The translations under genes and the position numbers were made by a program. Of a DNA stretch of 64,000 nt, positions 40,363 to 56,969 are shown piece by piece. The stretch is taken from the NCBI RefSeq assembly GCF_006345805.1, contig NC_043018.1, forward strand, positions 868,001-932,000, read 5' to 3'. Each line of letters begins with the position of its first letter. Positions within the stretch are counted from its first letter, which is position 1. The notes under the pieces are model-generated. The model did not search any database, was not told the DNA's origin, and saw only the letters and a list, made by a program, of their open reading frames with translations. This stretch comes from Octopus sinensis. Its lineage: Eukaryota.

Positions 40363-41133
40363 ACTTTCTATGGTCATTCAAAACCGTCCCAGGGTGGTCG
40401 TGCATATGTTTACATTTCACTAGTCACCCCGCAAAGCCATTAAAAAATCAATAGAAGAAGTGACTTTTTGTGAATTTACTATCCAAAACCCAATCAAAAT
40501 GCCTGAAACTTGATACGCTAATTGAATGCCTACTTGCTGTATGTGATTGGTCGGAGATTTGAACAGTACTCGCGTGTATGTGCCGGGTCATAGTGCCAGT
40601 TTAATATCAAATTCTAAATTTTAGACCTATGCCCCAAACTTTTGGCCACAACTGTAACTTCGTCCTAATCACCGTGAAAGGCAGGTATGTGATACAGTAT
40701 AAGTGCTTATTGTATGAGTTATTTAAGACATACTGGGTATAGAAGTAAAGCAATCCCGCTGATGTACGACTGATAGATTTGGTTTTCATTGAAAGGAGAA
40801 AAATAATTATAAATAAGGACAGTTTTATAGCTTCTGTCTCACGGGAAGAAAATAAAGGAATTAAAACGTAACGGATTCGACAGTATTAAGAACTATCTGA
40901 GTATGTTGATCACAACACTTTTATAAATAGCCATATAAGTGAATTATATTAAATTGCGAGTGGGAAATACTTCACTATAAACGCACGTTCACTAGAATCA
41001 GGGACAGAATCAGTCTTTCGCAACACAAATACAGTCTTTACTAATTGAAACATAGACCAAATGCGAGATGTTACCCTAACAGTTGTCTAGCGTTCAGTCA
41101 CATCTGCAGCTGCGAATTTAGTTATATATACGA

Positions 41134-41295
41134 GGTGCAGAAGTGGCTGTGTGGTACGTAGCTTGTTTACCAACCACATGGTTCCGGGTTCAGTCCCACT
41201 GCGTGGCATCTTGGGCAAGTGTCTTCTACTATAGCCTCGGGCCGACCAAAGCCTTGTGAGTGGATTTGGTAGACGGAAACTGAAAGAAGCCCGTC

Positions 41296-41379
<84 letters not shown>

Positions 41380-41600
41380 TGTGTGTGCTTGTGTGTCTGT
41401 GTTTGTCCCCATAGCATTGCTTGACAACCGATGCTGGTATGTTTATGTCCCCGTTACTTAGCGGTTCGGCAAAAGAGACCGATAGAATAAGTACTGGGCT
41501 TACAAAAGAAATAAGTCCCGGGGTCGAGTTGCTCGATTAAATGCGGTGCACCAGCATGGTCGCAGTCAAATGACTGAAACAAGTAAAAGAGAGTAAAAGA
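41134..41600 (+). mobile_element. tRNA-derived SINE, family B (CORE-type, octopus OR-like), with internal (AT)n
   Basis: GGTGCAGAAGTGGCTGTGTGG...GGTTCAGTCCC...TTGGGCAAGTGTCTTC...; (AAGAGT)n-like tail; matches the 47375 copy. Confidence 0.85.
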
Positions 41601-41852
41601 AGGAATAGAAACGAATAAGATTAGAACTCACGAGGACAATTTTGTGAGAACAGATTTGGTAGAAATATCCAGCAGCAAATAGAGAGAGAGAGAGAGGGAG
41701 GGAGAGGGAGTTTTACTGGAACAAAATGCAACAGCTGTTTTTAAAGAGGGAGTGCAATACTATGATCATAATGAGCAACGGGAAAATTGCAGAGAAATAC
41801 AGAATGGTTATTGTTCATACTTCTTAAAAGGAAATGAAACACACTGACTTTA

Positions 41853-43262
<1,410 letters not shown>

Positions 43263-44555
43263 AATGAATACGAAGATGATGATGATAAAATTTCAAAATT
43301 ATAATAAATGGAAACACACAGAAGAATCTCCTTAACAATGCGTGTTTGTCTATGTTGGACAATGAAAGATGCCGTGAGCCATCACTTGAAAAACTTCGGC
43401 AAATTTTGAGTAGCCAATAGTTATCTTACCTGATTTTGAAATATACAGAGAAATTATTGTTGAATATATATCTACATACACACAGAGAGACAATAATCTT
43501 ATACACACACGATTCCAGCGCTTGCACATATATTTATAGAAATACGTATGTAAGTTTATACGTACATATGCGTGTATGTATGCTTGCTTCGATCTGTCTA
43601 TATATATATATATCTACTGATCTAAGAATACATGTATACACACTCACAAACACACATATATATGCTTGCAAGTGCGTATGTATATATATACATACTTACA
43701 CACACACATACTATATATATATTAAGGATATATAAAAAACTAATTATAACAATACATAAGCGGAAGGATGTATATACAAAATTACAAAGATATAAATTTA
43801 ATAGAATATCCGAAATTATATACAACAATTACGCAAACATGAATGCTGATATACATAGACATACATGCATACATACACCTATATGTATGTATATATATAT
43901 ATATTCACATATATCTTCGCACATTCAGACAGAAACACATACATATGTACGTAAGCAAATACGTATCGAGTGAAAAGTTGCTTCTCATTTTAAGAAGCTT
44001 GAGAACAGAATCAGATGTTGGTTAGAGAGACATACAATCACACTGAATACGAAATGGTTATCATAGAAACGTCTTTCATATCACAGACCATGAAATGGCC
44101 ATTGTTGTAAGAGCAGTATTCCTTCATTGGTGGAAATTCAAAAATTTCTTTTCGGTACCTCAACGTTCCAATAATCTGCTACACTGTTCCATTCTCGTGG
44201 AATATACTTCGAGAAGATTCAGCAACATCTAACTAGAAATCAACCCACGCCCTTCACCAGATTCATCTTTTATGGAAACTTATGAGAGAAATAATCGATA
44301 TATTTGTCCTTTCCTCTACATCTTTAAGTGTATTTGATGTCTGTTATTGTTCAGGCTGTGATTTTTATTTTGGTGGTAGTTGTTGCTTTTCAAGGTGTAT
44401 TGTTTTTTGCTGCTCTGTCGTTCTGAAAATTCTATATTTTATACAGCTTTTTAAAACATTTTACGAACATCCATGTAATATTGTAAACGGATATATGTGT
44501 ATGTGTGTATATACATATATATCAAGAGAGAGGGAGAGAGAGGGATCAGTGTGTT

Positions 44556-44610
<55 letters not shown>

Positions 44611-44813
44611 TATATATACATATATACGAATATATGTTACATATTTTTTCACATACATAGAAGTATATACGTATATAGAAATATATGTATATATATGCAT
44701 GTGTATATATAGTGATATCTATCTATCTAGCTAGATAGATAGAGAGAGAGAGATAGAAAGAAAGAAAAATAAATACATAGATGGATAGTTAGACATACAG
44801 ACAATGTGTGTGA

Positions 44814-44867
<54 letters not shown>

Positions 44868-45862
44868 CATATTTGTATAATTATATATACGTAGTCATAT
44901 AAATATATATGTATACAAATATAGGCGAATATATTTATGCAGAAAAATGTGAAAAATATACACAATCATGTGTACACACACACACACACACGCACACAAA
45001 TAAATGCATCTCCTCATATACATACATACATACATACATACATACATACATACATACATACATACATACTTACATTCATACAGACATAATCTCGTCTGAG
45101 TATTACTCATATACATATAGATCATTTTTCTTTTTGCTTCACTTAATGCAAAATTTCTAGTAATAATAACAATTATTGCTTATATTATTTTCTCTTTTTT
45201 TGTGATGATTGTGTGGTGTTATTGCCGTTGTTGTTGTTATTATTATTATTATTTATGTCATTATTATGATTTGTGTTCATATATCACTGTTTGTTTTCCC
45301 TCACCTGACACATTACAGCCCATACATACCTTATCCCAATATTTACAACGCTATGACAGTTCTTTATCTGTTTGCAGAAGTAAAGAACGACCATGAGTAA
45401 ATAACTATATTGTTTGTAATGTTGCAATTGTTATCGTATTGACATAACAAACCTCGCGCTTCTTTATCCTCCATTCGTCTATTTATTTATTTGCATATTT
45501 ATTTATTCATTTATTCATTTATATACTTACCTATTTACCTATTTCGTTGTGTATTCATATATTCATTTCTGTAAGTATTTAATTGTAAACATACACTCAC
45601 ATATACACTCATGCACACACTCACACACACATATTTATGTATATATATACACTCATCTATATGGCCGCATGTGGTATATATAAGATGTAACGTTGTTTGT
45701 GTGTATATCTGTATTTATTAAAATGTATTTACTAATATGTTTACATAAACTGTTATATACACACATCCATTCATACTTATATATATATAAACACACATGT
45801 ATATATGCTTGTGTAAATATATAGATGTAAATCTATGAATGTAAGTATACCTAAGTATATAT

Positions 45863-45896
<34 letters not shown>

Positions 45897-46105
45897 AGCA
45901 TATACCTATATATACATCTCCCCATGCATCCATCTATATATCTGTGAATCTCTGCATCTATTGATACACACGCACACGCACAAAACGTACATATATGTAT
46001 ATAAATATATATATATGTTCATATATACACATACTTACATACACACACATATATATATATATATATATATTTATATTATATATATATATATGTATGCATG
46101 GATAT

Positions 46106-46151
<46 letters not shown>

Positions 46152-46607
46152 TATATATATATATATACATGTACATGTATATGTATGCTTATATGTATAC
46201 TGAATATTTTTTCTGTGTTTCCGCTAACAAATCGTTGAAACAGATTTAATGAATGAATTTCGAATTCGAAAACATTTCAGAATCAGTCAAAATGAAAACA
46301 AACAATCAGACAAACAAACAAACAAACAAGAAAAATATCAAAACCTATGGAGGAAACAGTTTCACCCATTTCCATAACGATAATGAAATTGTTGAATTTG
46401 GTGGATTGCTGCACATTCTTGTTGCACAACACAAAATGCAGCACAGAACAAAATAGAAACATAACGAAGTGAGCTGTAACGTAGAAGAGAGCCAACGGGA
46501 GTCCGTAGCTTTATAGAGTATATGTGTTTGTTTAGAATGTTCAAACTGTTAACCATTTGGTTACATTACAGAATCTAAAATGCCACATTGTCGATTTTCA
46601 AACACTC

Positions 46608-46800
46608 ATCATCATCATTGTTCGACCGTGGTCGAGACAATGGAATTTACCATGCTACGCCAGACTTCACGGTCCATCATGGCATTACGGAGGTCCTGTT
46701 GCTGGATGCCTGTATCCCTGGAGATTACATCAGGGTAGGAGAGTGTGCGCCCTCTGGTATTGCGGGTAGATGGCTTCCAGAGGAGAAGAGTAGAAATTAC
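46608..46800 (-). mobile_element. RTE-clade LINE 3' end
   Basis: LLLWKPSTRNTRGRTLSYPDVISRDTGIQQQDLRNAMMDREVWRSMV, then a stop and (TGA)n tail. Confidence 0.75.
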
Positions 46801-47374
46801 CTCTTTTTCAGCTCTACAACAATGTCCAGCAAACTGGACTCTCTTACCTTTCACAAGAGATGACACAGGTGTTAGTTTCCCATTTTGGTGCTCTCTCTCT
46901 CTGTCTCTCAAACATTCTCTCTCTCCGTCTCACACACACACACTCACAAATATACACACTGCAGATATGTACACTCTTTTGTCAAACTGTCTCAATCTCT
47001 CTCTGTATCGCTTTTCAATTTGTATCTCATTCTATTACTCCCCTTTCCAGTCTCCTCTCTAGTGTTTAAGTAATCTGTAAGAAACTATTGAATTTAATGT
47101 CATCCCAAGCAGGACACTTAGCCAAATTTTCCTTTCATTCATTAATGTAATCATCAAAATCATGTCGTATCAAACATGTGGCAATTTAGTTCTATATATG
47201 GAATATTTGGGATTGCTTCGTCGGGATGGATTTTTATTGTGTATCTAAAGGATTACACACTAACTGGACATGATCCAGAACGTAATACATCCGTACAATT
47301 GTTCCTTCAAACATCACATCAATGCATATGCCAAAAGATAATACAAACTATATAGGTAAATAGGTAAGAATATA

Positions 47375-47795
47375 GGCGCAGGAGTGGCTGTGTGGTAAGT
47401 AGCTTGCTAACCAACCACATGGTTCCGGGTTCAGTCCCACTGCGTGGCATCTTGGGCAAGTGTCTTCTGCTATAGCCCCGGGCCGACCAAAGCCTTTTGA
47501 GTGGATTTGGTAGACGGAAACTGAAAGAAGCCCGTCGTATATATGTATATATATATGTGCGTGTGTGTGTTTGTGTGTCTGTGTTTCTCCCTCTAGCATT
47601 GCTTGACAACCGATGCTGGTGTGTTTATGTCCCCGTTACTTAGCGGTTCGGCAAAAGAGACCGACAGAATAAGTACTGGTCATACAAAAGAATAAGTCCC
47701 GGGGTCGGGTTGCTCGATTAAAGGCGGTGCTCCAGCATGGCCGCAGTCAAATGACTGAAACGCGTAAAAGAGTAAAAGAGTAAAGAGTAAAGAGA
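47375..47795 (+). mobile_element. SINE family B, full length
   Basis: Matches the 41134 copy. Confidence 0.9.
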
Positions 47796-47986
47796 GAGAT
47801 CTTGATCCTGATTTTTACAAATTCCACAAGAGAGAAAGCAAATTCAGCTCAGACCAAACACAAATCCAATTGGAAAGGATAATCAAATAATGATGTTTAT
47901 TGTGTCTGATTCGTTTGGTTATGGAACTTCTAGAGCAGTTATGATCTATATGTGTAGCGTTGCTCTGCTATATATATGCCTTGTTT

Positions 47987-48380
47987 GTGGAGGCGCAATG
48001 GCCCAGTGGTTAGGGCAGCGGACTCGCGGTCATAGGATCGCGGTTTCGATTCCCAGACCGGGCGTTGTGAGTGTTTATTGAGCGAAAACACCTAAACCTC
48101 CACGAGGCTCCGGCAGGGGATGGTGGTGATCCCTGCTGTACTCTTTCACCACAACTTTCTCTCACTCTTACTTCCTATTTCTGTTGTACCTGTATTTCAA
48201 AGGGCCGGCCTTGTCACTCTCTGTGTCACGGTGAATATCCCCGAGAACTACGTTAAGGGGACACGTGTCTGTGGAGTGCTCAGCCACTTACACGTTAATT
48301 TCACGAGCAGGCTGTTCCGTTGATTCGGATCAACCGGAACCCTCATCGTCGTAACCGACGGAGTGCTTCCATCATCATCC
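47987..48380 (+). mobile_element. SINE family A, full length
   Basis: TSD ATGCCTTGTTT at 47976-47986 and 48381-48391. Confidence 0.9.
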
Positions 48381-50354
48381 ATGCCTTGTTTATATTTTAC
48401 CACGGAAATATTTGTTTCGACGGAAATATTTGTTTCGACGGAAATATTTGGCTCTTATTTTCAGATTTTCTTGATACTCTGTCGGATTTTATTTGTTACA
48501 TTTGTTTTATATTTCATCTGAAGTCGCATAAACTACCGAACCAAGAAAATGTCTCTATATTGTCTTTTTCACTTTAGTTATAATTTTCTCCTACATATTT
48601 TTAGAGGAAAACAAAATGTTTCTTTGCCACGTCTGTTGGGAATTAAGCACGGGTTAGCTTCAGGTGGTATTAAATAAACGAATAGTGAGGTAAAGCAGAA
48701 ATAATTACATGAATATATGTAGATACAAGAGAAATCTTCTGAAGTTGCTGACTTTTATAGTTTCTATTGGCAAGGGCATTATTTTTGCTTAATGCCGTTA
48801 GAAATATCAATAAGAATAACAGATCTGATACTAGAGGGTAGAAACGTGTTTTTCTCTTTCAGTCCCAGATGTTTGATGAGGGGTGCCTCTCTGTAGCCAT
48901 CCGGTTTGTTTTATGAAAATGTTGCTCCACATTGTGCCATTGGTTTTTTATTGTTTAGAAGGGTAAATGTGGGTGTCACAGAAGCAAGTTTTGAAATATC
49001 AGGAGAAAAACTAACTTCCTTTGTATCCACCTACTCTTATACTTTGATTTGATTTCAAATGCCATGAATGTCTACTTCTGTTGGCGTTCCAAGTAGCCAT
49101 GCCAACATAATCACTTCTTCATTTAAAGTAAAAATAAAACTCCGGAAACTGATATTATACTGGAAATTGTGCATCGTATCAAAGTTATACAGCTATTTTG
49201 TGTAATATATTGCATTCATTCCACACAAAATCACTTATAAATTATACCGGTATATTAAAAATTTTTCATTTTATCAAAAATATTCGTTCAACAAACTCCG
49301 GAAACTGATAATATTCTTGAAAATGTGTCTCGTATCAAAGTTATACAGCTATTAATAAATTATTATTAAGGAAAATATAGGTGAGCGAGAATGAGACACT
49401 GATGCAAATAAAAACGTAAAATGTTGCCTGCAACGAATTCATAGTGTTTCTTATTAAACATTAAAATCTACTCCGCAGTGAATGCAATGCATATTTAAAT
49501 TCATGAAGAATTGAACACAGTGAATGCAATGAATATTTAAATTTTCGAGAAATCGAAATTTTAGGCAATTTCTTAAAACATGAATTTATAAAAGTATTTC
49601 CAGAGGGTAAAGCTTTTAATAATTGCTTTCTTGTAGTAATTTTTCGTAATTGTTTCATACATAATTAAGAAGCAGCTTTCTTTATTATAGATTCATACAT
49701 ACATACCTAAATACACGCACGCACACTTGCATAATACATACATACGTTAATATCGAACAGAAGGATTGATTGCTCAACACTGTATTAGTGGATAAAAGTT
49801 CTTTATTCGTGGGATAACATGAATACCATTGGTTTCGTATTGAAGAAATATTTCGCAACATGGGACGTTCGTGTTCGTCTCAACCTTGACTAAAAGAAAA
49901 CTTAAATCACATGAGATCGCACAAGATTTTGGAGTAAACAAATATATATATATCCAAACTGATGTCTCTTGTAGTAAATATTAAGTCTGAATTTGAATTT
50001 ATATATCATATATGCATACAGACATAACTACGCCTGGGTTATGCATATTTAATGCGTATTTAACGTGTTTGTTAAGAAGTTCTTATTTGCATAATTTTCA
50101 GATATTATGAATTTATAGGATATATATTTATAGGTTTGTTGTATATATTTATACAAAATTATTTACATATACTCATAAATGTGTGTGCATATTCATTCAG
50201 TGAATCATTTGATATACGCATATGCACACATACCGCACAAACACATGTACGTATACGCACACTCACTCACACATTTATATATATATATATATACACACAT
50301 AGCTGTACTCCTACATATGTATACACACACACATATATATATGCCTATACGTAT

Positions 50355-50386
<32 letters not shown>

Positions 50387-50576
50387 ATGGGAAAGAGAGA
50401 GAGGTATATATGTACGTACATAATATATAGATATATAGAAAGGTTGATACATACATACATAGAAAGAAAAATAGATAGATAGATAGACAGACATATAGAT
50501 AAAACGTTAATTGAGTTCATATATACTGAACATTATTCACATTGGTTTATACAATGCACATCCAAGACATCCAACA

Positions 50577-50934
50577 CTACTCTTCTTCCAAGTTAGACTC
50601 TCTAGCTTCAACAGACCTGTTGCTTTGATCCAGCCACTGCGTGTATATCTCATCATGAAAGTTCTCTAAATTGGAGATAACCATCACACTTCGCAAAGCC
50701 ACCTCTACCTTCTCCTTCAACTTAGGGAGCGCCGAAAAGCCACACGATGTAAAATACGGATTGTAGCTAGGGTGGGGGACAGTTTTAGTGCACATATCTG
50801 TTAAGTAGTTGGTTACCAGGATGGAATTGTCAAGGGTACATTGTCCTAGTTCACATGGTCTTGCCTTTTGCCATGAAAACTCTTTCTGAAACTCTCTCAA
50901 GCCGTCCACAAACGACTCTTTGCTAACCATCTGA
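50577..50934 (-). CDS. Candidate coding exon; possibly a divergent iGluR/ionotropic-receptor S2 ligand-binding lobe
   Basis: Open frame of balanced composition with acceptor TTTTCCTTTAG; in phase with exon 51014-51068. By-eye similarity of LDNSIL.NY...C...FTSCGF.ALPK..K..V..AL...WL to GluN2-type S2. Confidence 0.5.
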
Positions 50935-51013
50935 CTAAAGGAAAACTAGTAAATGCAGAAAATGCTATTGTTGTCGTAAAAGGAGGTGAGCTTATGTTCC
51001 CCAGTATACTTAC

Positions 51014-51068
51014 TTTGCCTGACCTGTTTTACCACCAAAAACAGATTTTCGGTCCATTCCAGTTAATC
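51014..51068 (-). CDS. Candidate 55-nt exon (LTGMDRKSVFGGKTGQA)
   Basis: Acceptor TTTATTTAAG, donor AAA|GTAAGT, 79-nt intron 50935-51013; joins the downstream exon without a stop. Confidence 0.5.
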
Positions 51069-51452
51069 CTTAAATAAATTCCTAAGATCGTGTAGCGGTT
51101 TTGTCAAGTGTATCACTAAACTTTATTTCATAGCGAGTTCCAAATTGTATTCATTCTTCAATCTAGTCAGCTACGATAAACAGTGTTTAAAAGAATGAGT
51201 TCAAAGTGTTGTTACAGTGGTGGAATAATAAAAGTTGACCAGCCAACTCATTAAATATGCAGAAATAATATACTAAAATTTCAATAATCTTGAACAGTTA
51301 CAACTGTCTCTCCTAAAAGTGTGTGGTTACTTCTGAAATGCATCTTGTGTGTATATGCATATACGTTCACACATAGATGCATAATCACGCATACCAATAC
51401 ACACCATATATACATTATATCTCTCTATCTAACTATATATATATATATTTAT

Positions 51453-51507
<55 letters not shown>

Positions 51508-51609
51508 TAAGCACACTTATGTACACATATATATATACATATATGTATGTATAAAATTGTGATGGTGCGACTTTAACAATTATATAGCTGTGTCAGAGTG
51601 AGATAGAGT

Positions 51610-51648
<39 letters not shown>

Positions 51649-52288
51649 AAAACGAGAGATGGGCAGGTAAGATAAATTGCCACCTTACACCTACAGCGAT
51701 AAGTGTAAAATTACATAAATTTAAGAGTGAAGGTGTTGTACTCAGACATGATAGTCTAACACAAATTGACAAGCATGTTAAATGAGACTTTTCTGTATGG
51801 AAGGTCATTACATCTATTGTACTAACGTTAATAACACCATCCGCAATAGGAGGAACACAATTACATCTATCATCATATACATAATTGAAATAATCTACAT
51901 CATTTGCATGATAAATTTCATCATCATTGTTGTGCCCAGTATTATATGCGTTTTCCCCAGGTCGTGTCGTGATCTTCATTATGATTGTTAAAACAGTAAA
52001 GTACAAATGAATTACATATGTATGTTGGTTTCTTTTTGCAACATATCGGATGTGATTAGGCAAATTTGCATCATCAACTTCCTCATTTATGGAATGCAGT
52101 ATCCGGTACCATATTATCAATGACTATATATATATATACCTATATATACATATATATATAATATATATATTACATATATATACATACATATATCATATAT
52201 ATATACATATATATAAATAATATTATATATATAATATATATATATATATATGTACAAATATATATATATTATATATATATATATATAT

Positions 52289-52358
<70 letters not shown>

Positions 52359-52389
52359 GTATACACACGTTTATATTTTGTTTAATTTC

Positions 52390-53560
52390 GTTATAGCCAG
52401 TATGATATTCCTGAAAATATCAGTATCGAAGTATCGTTGGAATACAAGATAATGTACTATGTGGTACTTGTCAAAATAGTGTACTGTGTAGGAAATATAA
52501 CTCATTATTATGAAACTGCAAAAACCTATGATAAAATTGACCTGGAGCATTGATTTCTGGCGATTTTGTGATACATATCCTGAGGTAGAAGGACACAAAG
52601 TTACATTCTCAAGTTGAAGATATTAGCAATATCGTATTACATTAATGTGAGACTATTACAATAACACACATTTGCTGCAGGCACTTGACGTTGCAGTATG
52701 TGTACCAATGAAATCAGCATGAAGGAATGTTCTTACTGAGTGGAAGAGGGGTGAAATAATGTTTTACACAACCCTGCCAAAGATACATTTCCCCAAGGAT
52801 GCTATTCACCATCCTGGGCAAAATGGAAAACACACACACAAACACACACACACACACACACAAAAACTGCTGTGAATGGTTTCTAACAACATGCTGCTAT
52901 CCACTTAACAGACAGAAGGTTCTTAGCAAGATTTCAAAACTAGAATCATCATCACATCCGTAAACCAGATAGTTTTTCAATACCTGACGCAACTTCGTGA
53001 AGCTTCAGCTAAAAACTTACGACGGTCCAGCAAGGAAATATGATGCACATTTCACCAGGTAAACACATCTCCATGGATGATGTTACTCCAGGTACATTTG
53101 ACCTTCAATCTGAGAGAAAGTGAAACCCCAAAATTAAGCAATTTATCGATTTTGACATTTCCTATGAAGAACAATTTGATTCGGCCTTTATTCCAACTCG
53201 GAAGATGAGACAGAGCCGGAAGCTGCCATCCTGGAAGATTCCCAGGAAAATTCAGAGCATATCACCGGTACTAGTGAGATATATTAGGAAACTAGAAAAT
53301 GGATTCTATGTGATTGTAAGATTTTTAGGAAAGAAGGCACCATGCCATTATGCTGCTAAACTTTTACATGAGTATACAGAGTCTTGTGGGTGATTCAGTA
53401 CTATAGATGTTAATTTGAGGGGCTTGGTTGTTATCTTTCCTTTAAAGAGCCACAAAATCCTAACCTCTTAAGAAGGAATTGTTACAATCCTTGTAAAATC
53501 TTTATCTATGAAAGACAGATTGTGTCTCAGGAAGGATGCCTTTGGCGACATAGTAACGCG
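52390..53560 (+). mobile_element. Degenerate pogo/Tigger-like DDE_1 transposase remnant
   Basis: NNTHLLQALDVAVCVPMKSA*RNVLTEWKR...TLPKIHFPK, CYPLNRQKVLSKI and GFYVIVRFLGKK; multiple stops and a (CA)n insertion. Confidence 0.7.
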
Positions 53561-54101
53561 TTAAAAATGTTATTATAAACCTCAAACAATTTTTTTTAAT
53601 TAGTAATTTTCATTTCTATACCTACCATTGCGTCAATTACCATGCCAATTGTTAGCTAACTGCTTTTAGATGTATTGCTTAGGTCATGTAACATTTGAAC
53701 ACAGTCTTTTATAGTTCATTGCATTTAAGGTACAAAAATAGAGGTGGTGAACGATTGCCCCATAGTGTGGAATAAACGTGCAGTCATACATTTTTTTAAT
53801 CTTTTCTTGTAACTTGTTTAGAAATGTCGCTATATGTGCAAAAGGTTTTGCTAATAATGAGCTTTAAACGAGTCATCTTTGCATAAGCTATCTGGATCGT
53901 TGTTTTGTTAAAATATCAAAAAATAGCAAAAAATGGTACATATTTACCTTACCTCACGGTTTGAATATATGTGTGAATGTTTATATATACATATGTGTGT
54001 GTATATATAGATATTTTTATATGATATATATTATATATATATTTATTTTATATGATATATATATATTTTTTATATGAATATATATATATATATTTTTTAT
54101 A

Positions 54102-54151
<50 letters not shown>

Positions 54152-54649
54152 GGGCCTAAATACAGGCGAACAGAACTTAATAAACAAAATTATAAACGGC
54201 TGTGACTGACTGACTAATATTTTAGAAGCGCCACCTTGTGAAAGAAGTTTCTCAGATAACCGTTTATGTCACGCGACAATTCTAATAACTAGAAAAAAAA
54301 TCTCATGGAAAAGTATGAGAATTTCAAATTTCCTGAAATAATTATTCCAAAACATTTCATTAGTCATCACTTCTGCTGGAAGCAGGCTATGGAATTATGC
54401 CGACGATTCGCTGCAAAAATTAAAGATCATATTTCATTAAATATATGGCAGCGCTGTTTTTTCTCTGTCTTCGGTGATGTGTTATTATAATTGTAATTTC
54501 AGTTTACTTGGCATCTGCTTACTCATATAATAATACGTTTAGCACCTGAGGATTTCTTTGCCTTCCAGTGCTTCGAAATCATATTGTAATATTACACGCA
54601 ATATGTGTGTGTATGTATGAGTGGTCGGTTGTGCGTCACTGTATATATA

Positions 54650-54719
<70 letters not shown>

Positions 54720-54822
54720 TATATATACACTATACATATACAGATATAATACATACATATGTATGCATATATACGCATATGCAATCATAAGTAAATATAC
54801 ATGACCATTCCGAAATACAACA

Positions 54823-54905
<83 letters not shown>

Positions 54906-54989
54906 GATATAATTATATACATATATATATGCATATATATACATATGCATGCATAGTAAATATATACATGACCATTTCGAAATACAGCA

Positions 54990-55039
<50 letters not shown>

Positions 55040-55045
55040 TATATT

Positions 55046-55079
<34 letters not shown>

Positions 55080-55086
55080 GTATATA

Positions 55087-55128
<42 letters not shown>

Positions 55129-55634
55129 TATATATATATATGTGTTGTGTGTGTGTATGTGTGTGTGCTTGTGTTATGGATGTGATATATAAGAATGAAT
55201 GCATAAAGTAAGATTTTCGAATATGATGGAAATATGTCTGTCGATTTGCATGATAGAAATGGAATATCAACAAGTTTGTTGTCGATGCGAATATTGATTA
55301 TTTTGTTTGAAATGATGTGCCAAGACATTTACTAAATAAACACTTGTGAAAAAGGCCAAAAAGAAAATAAACAACACAATAAAAGTTGCAGCAGGCATAA
55401 GCAGAACAGCATAGTTCCCAGCCATATCGATGAAGGTTCAGTCCCATAACATGACAGGTTGCGAAATGTTCTTCTACGAAATTTCAAGAAGACTCATCTC
55501 TTAGGAATGGAAACGCTGAAAGAAACTGAAAAAATTCTGTTATATTCTCATCTTTATTTCGCTGTATATTTTGACGCGTACTCCTGACTCTACCCTTACC
55601 CCCATTTGGTGGCTCCTGTTGTACTAGATTCTAT

Positions 55635-55669
<35 letters not shown>

Positions 55670-56613
55670 GTTTCAAAGACAAAACCACCTACAACTCAAT
55701 CAACACTTAAAAATTTTATACCCGACCCCTCCATAATATGTAAAATATTAAATTTTATACTAACTATATCTATTCTGAATCCCGTATTTTCCGTTTATAA
55801 GACTACACGTGTTTCATGAAAGTATGTGGCACGAGGTATCTTGTTTCAATGCTTAATCGGTTCGACATACTCCCTATCTTCAGGTCTCGATTCCTCAACA
55901 TTTTTCACTACCTCTACCTCTTATATACCTCTATGATACTCTATATCTTCAATAGAATCTTTACTTAACATATACAAATGAATAGAGATACAAATAATAA
56001 ATGAAAATAACTGATATTAAAAATTTAAGGAATAAAAATTTAAGGAATAAAAATTCAAGGAAAAAAAAATTAAAGAGGAAAGTGTACGAGTAAAAATTAT
56101 ATAATACGATAACATTTGTCTAGGAATTTATCAAGTAGCCAGCGTGAAAAATCTGTTTAGTAAAAGAATTAATACAAAGTATTTTTTTCTTTAAATATAA
56201 ATACATTAATTATATTTTATAATAAATATATAAATTATTGAAGTAGGTTTGACATTAGACTTCCATTACTGCCTGAGCCGTTTAGTTGTAGTAATAGCAT
56301 TTAATATCATGAATGTGTTTATATCTAAAGGAAAAATTATGTACTTGTATTAATTCTTTTCCTAAACTGGTTTTTCAATCTAGCCACATCATAAATTCTT
56401 ATATAGATTTTATCCTTATATTTTGTTTAAAATAATACCGGAATATATTCAGTGCTGAATTATTCCGACTACAAACTTGTTACCGATATGTAATTTAGGA
56501 AGCTCACTTTTTACATGTATATATAATTGTGAGCATTAGTGTATGCCATGCTGGATGAGTTTGCTGTTCGGTTGTTATGTAGACATGTTCACCTTAATGT
56601 ATACTAATTATGT

Positions 56614-56675
56614 TTGCACTGAAGATTGGAGAGCATATTATACACGCTGACCATGAAATCATTAATGGTATGCGA
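56614..56675 (+). ncRNA. Type-I hammerhead ribozyme motif (core intact)
   Basis: ttgca CTGAAGA t tgg ag agc...gct ga cca t GAAA TCAT TA ATGG TA tgcga. Stem I is 5 bp, stem II has a U-U closing mismatch, stem III is quasi-palindromic, and the triplet is GUA. Confidence 0.65.
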
Positions 56676-56725
56676 CTAAATCTGTCTCCAAAATGTAGGT
56701 TCCCAATGTATTCCCCCATTGTCGA

Positions 56726-56815
56726 TGCCCTGTACATTTATGGAGGTAGTTTTAGCTTTAACGTCCCATTAGAGCATGAGGGGTTTACTTGTAGTAATGA
56801 CCCTTAACATATATA

Positions 56816-56869
<54 letters not shown>

Positions 56870-56935
56870 TATATATATATTCATATCCATTCTATTGCGG
56901 GTAATTACTACAAGTAAACCCCTCATGAATATGAA

Positions 56936-56969
<34 letters not shown>

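Noticed and set aside
44150-44300. Minus GEGRGLIS suggesting another R4-like remnant
   Set aside because: A single short motif with no supporting flanking homology that I could see.
50760-50900. Resemblance to ADP-ribosyl cyclase (F.K.FS..PC.L; SY..FTS...LPK)
   Set aside because: The WSG and TLEDT catalytic motifs are absent; probably coincidental.
51593-52120. 175-aa minus ORF as an upstream exon of the 50577-51068 model
   Set aside because: D/N/Y-rich low-complexity composition and no recognisable domain; the strongest donor (GTAAGG) gives the wrong phase.
52371-52598. Minus ORF with FIIGFCSFIIMSYISY, first read as an iGluR M3 helix
   Set aside because: The plus strand here is a pogo DDE_1 remnant, so the ORF is most likely its antisense shadow.
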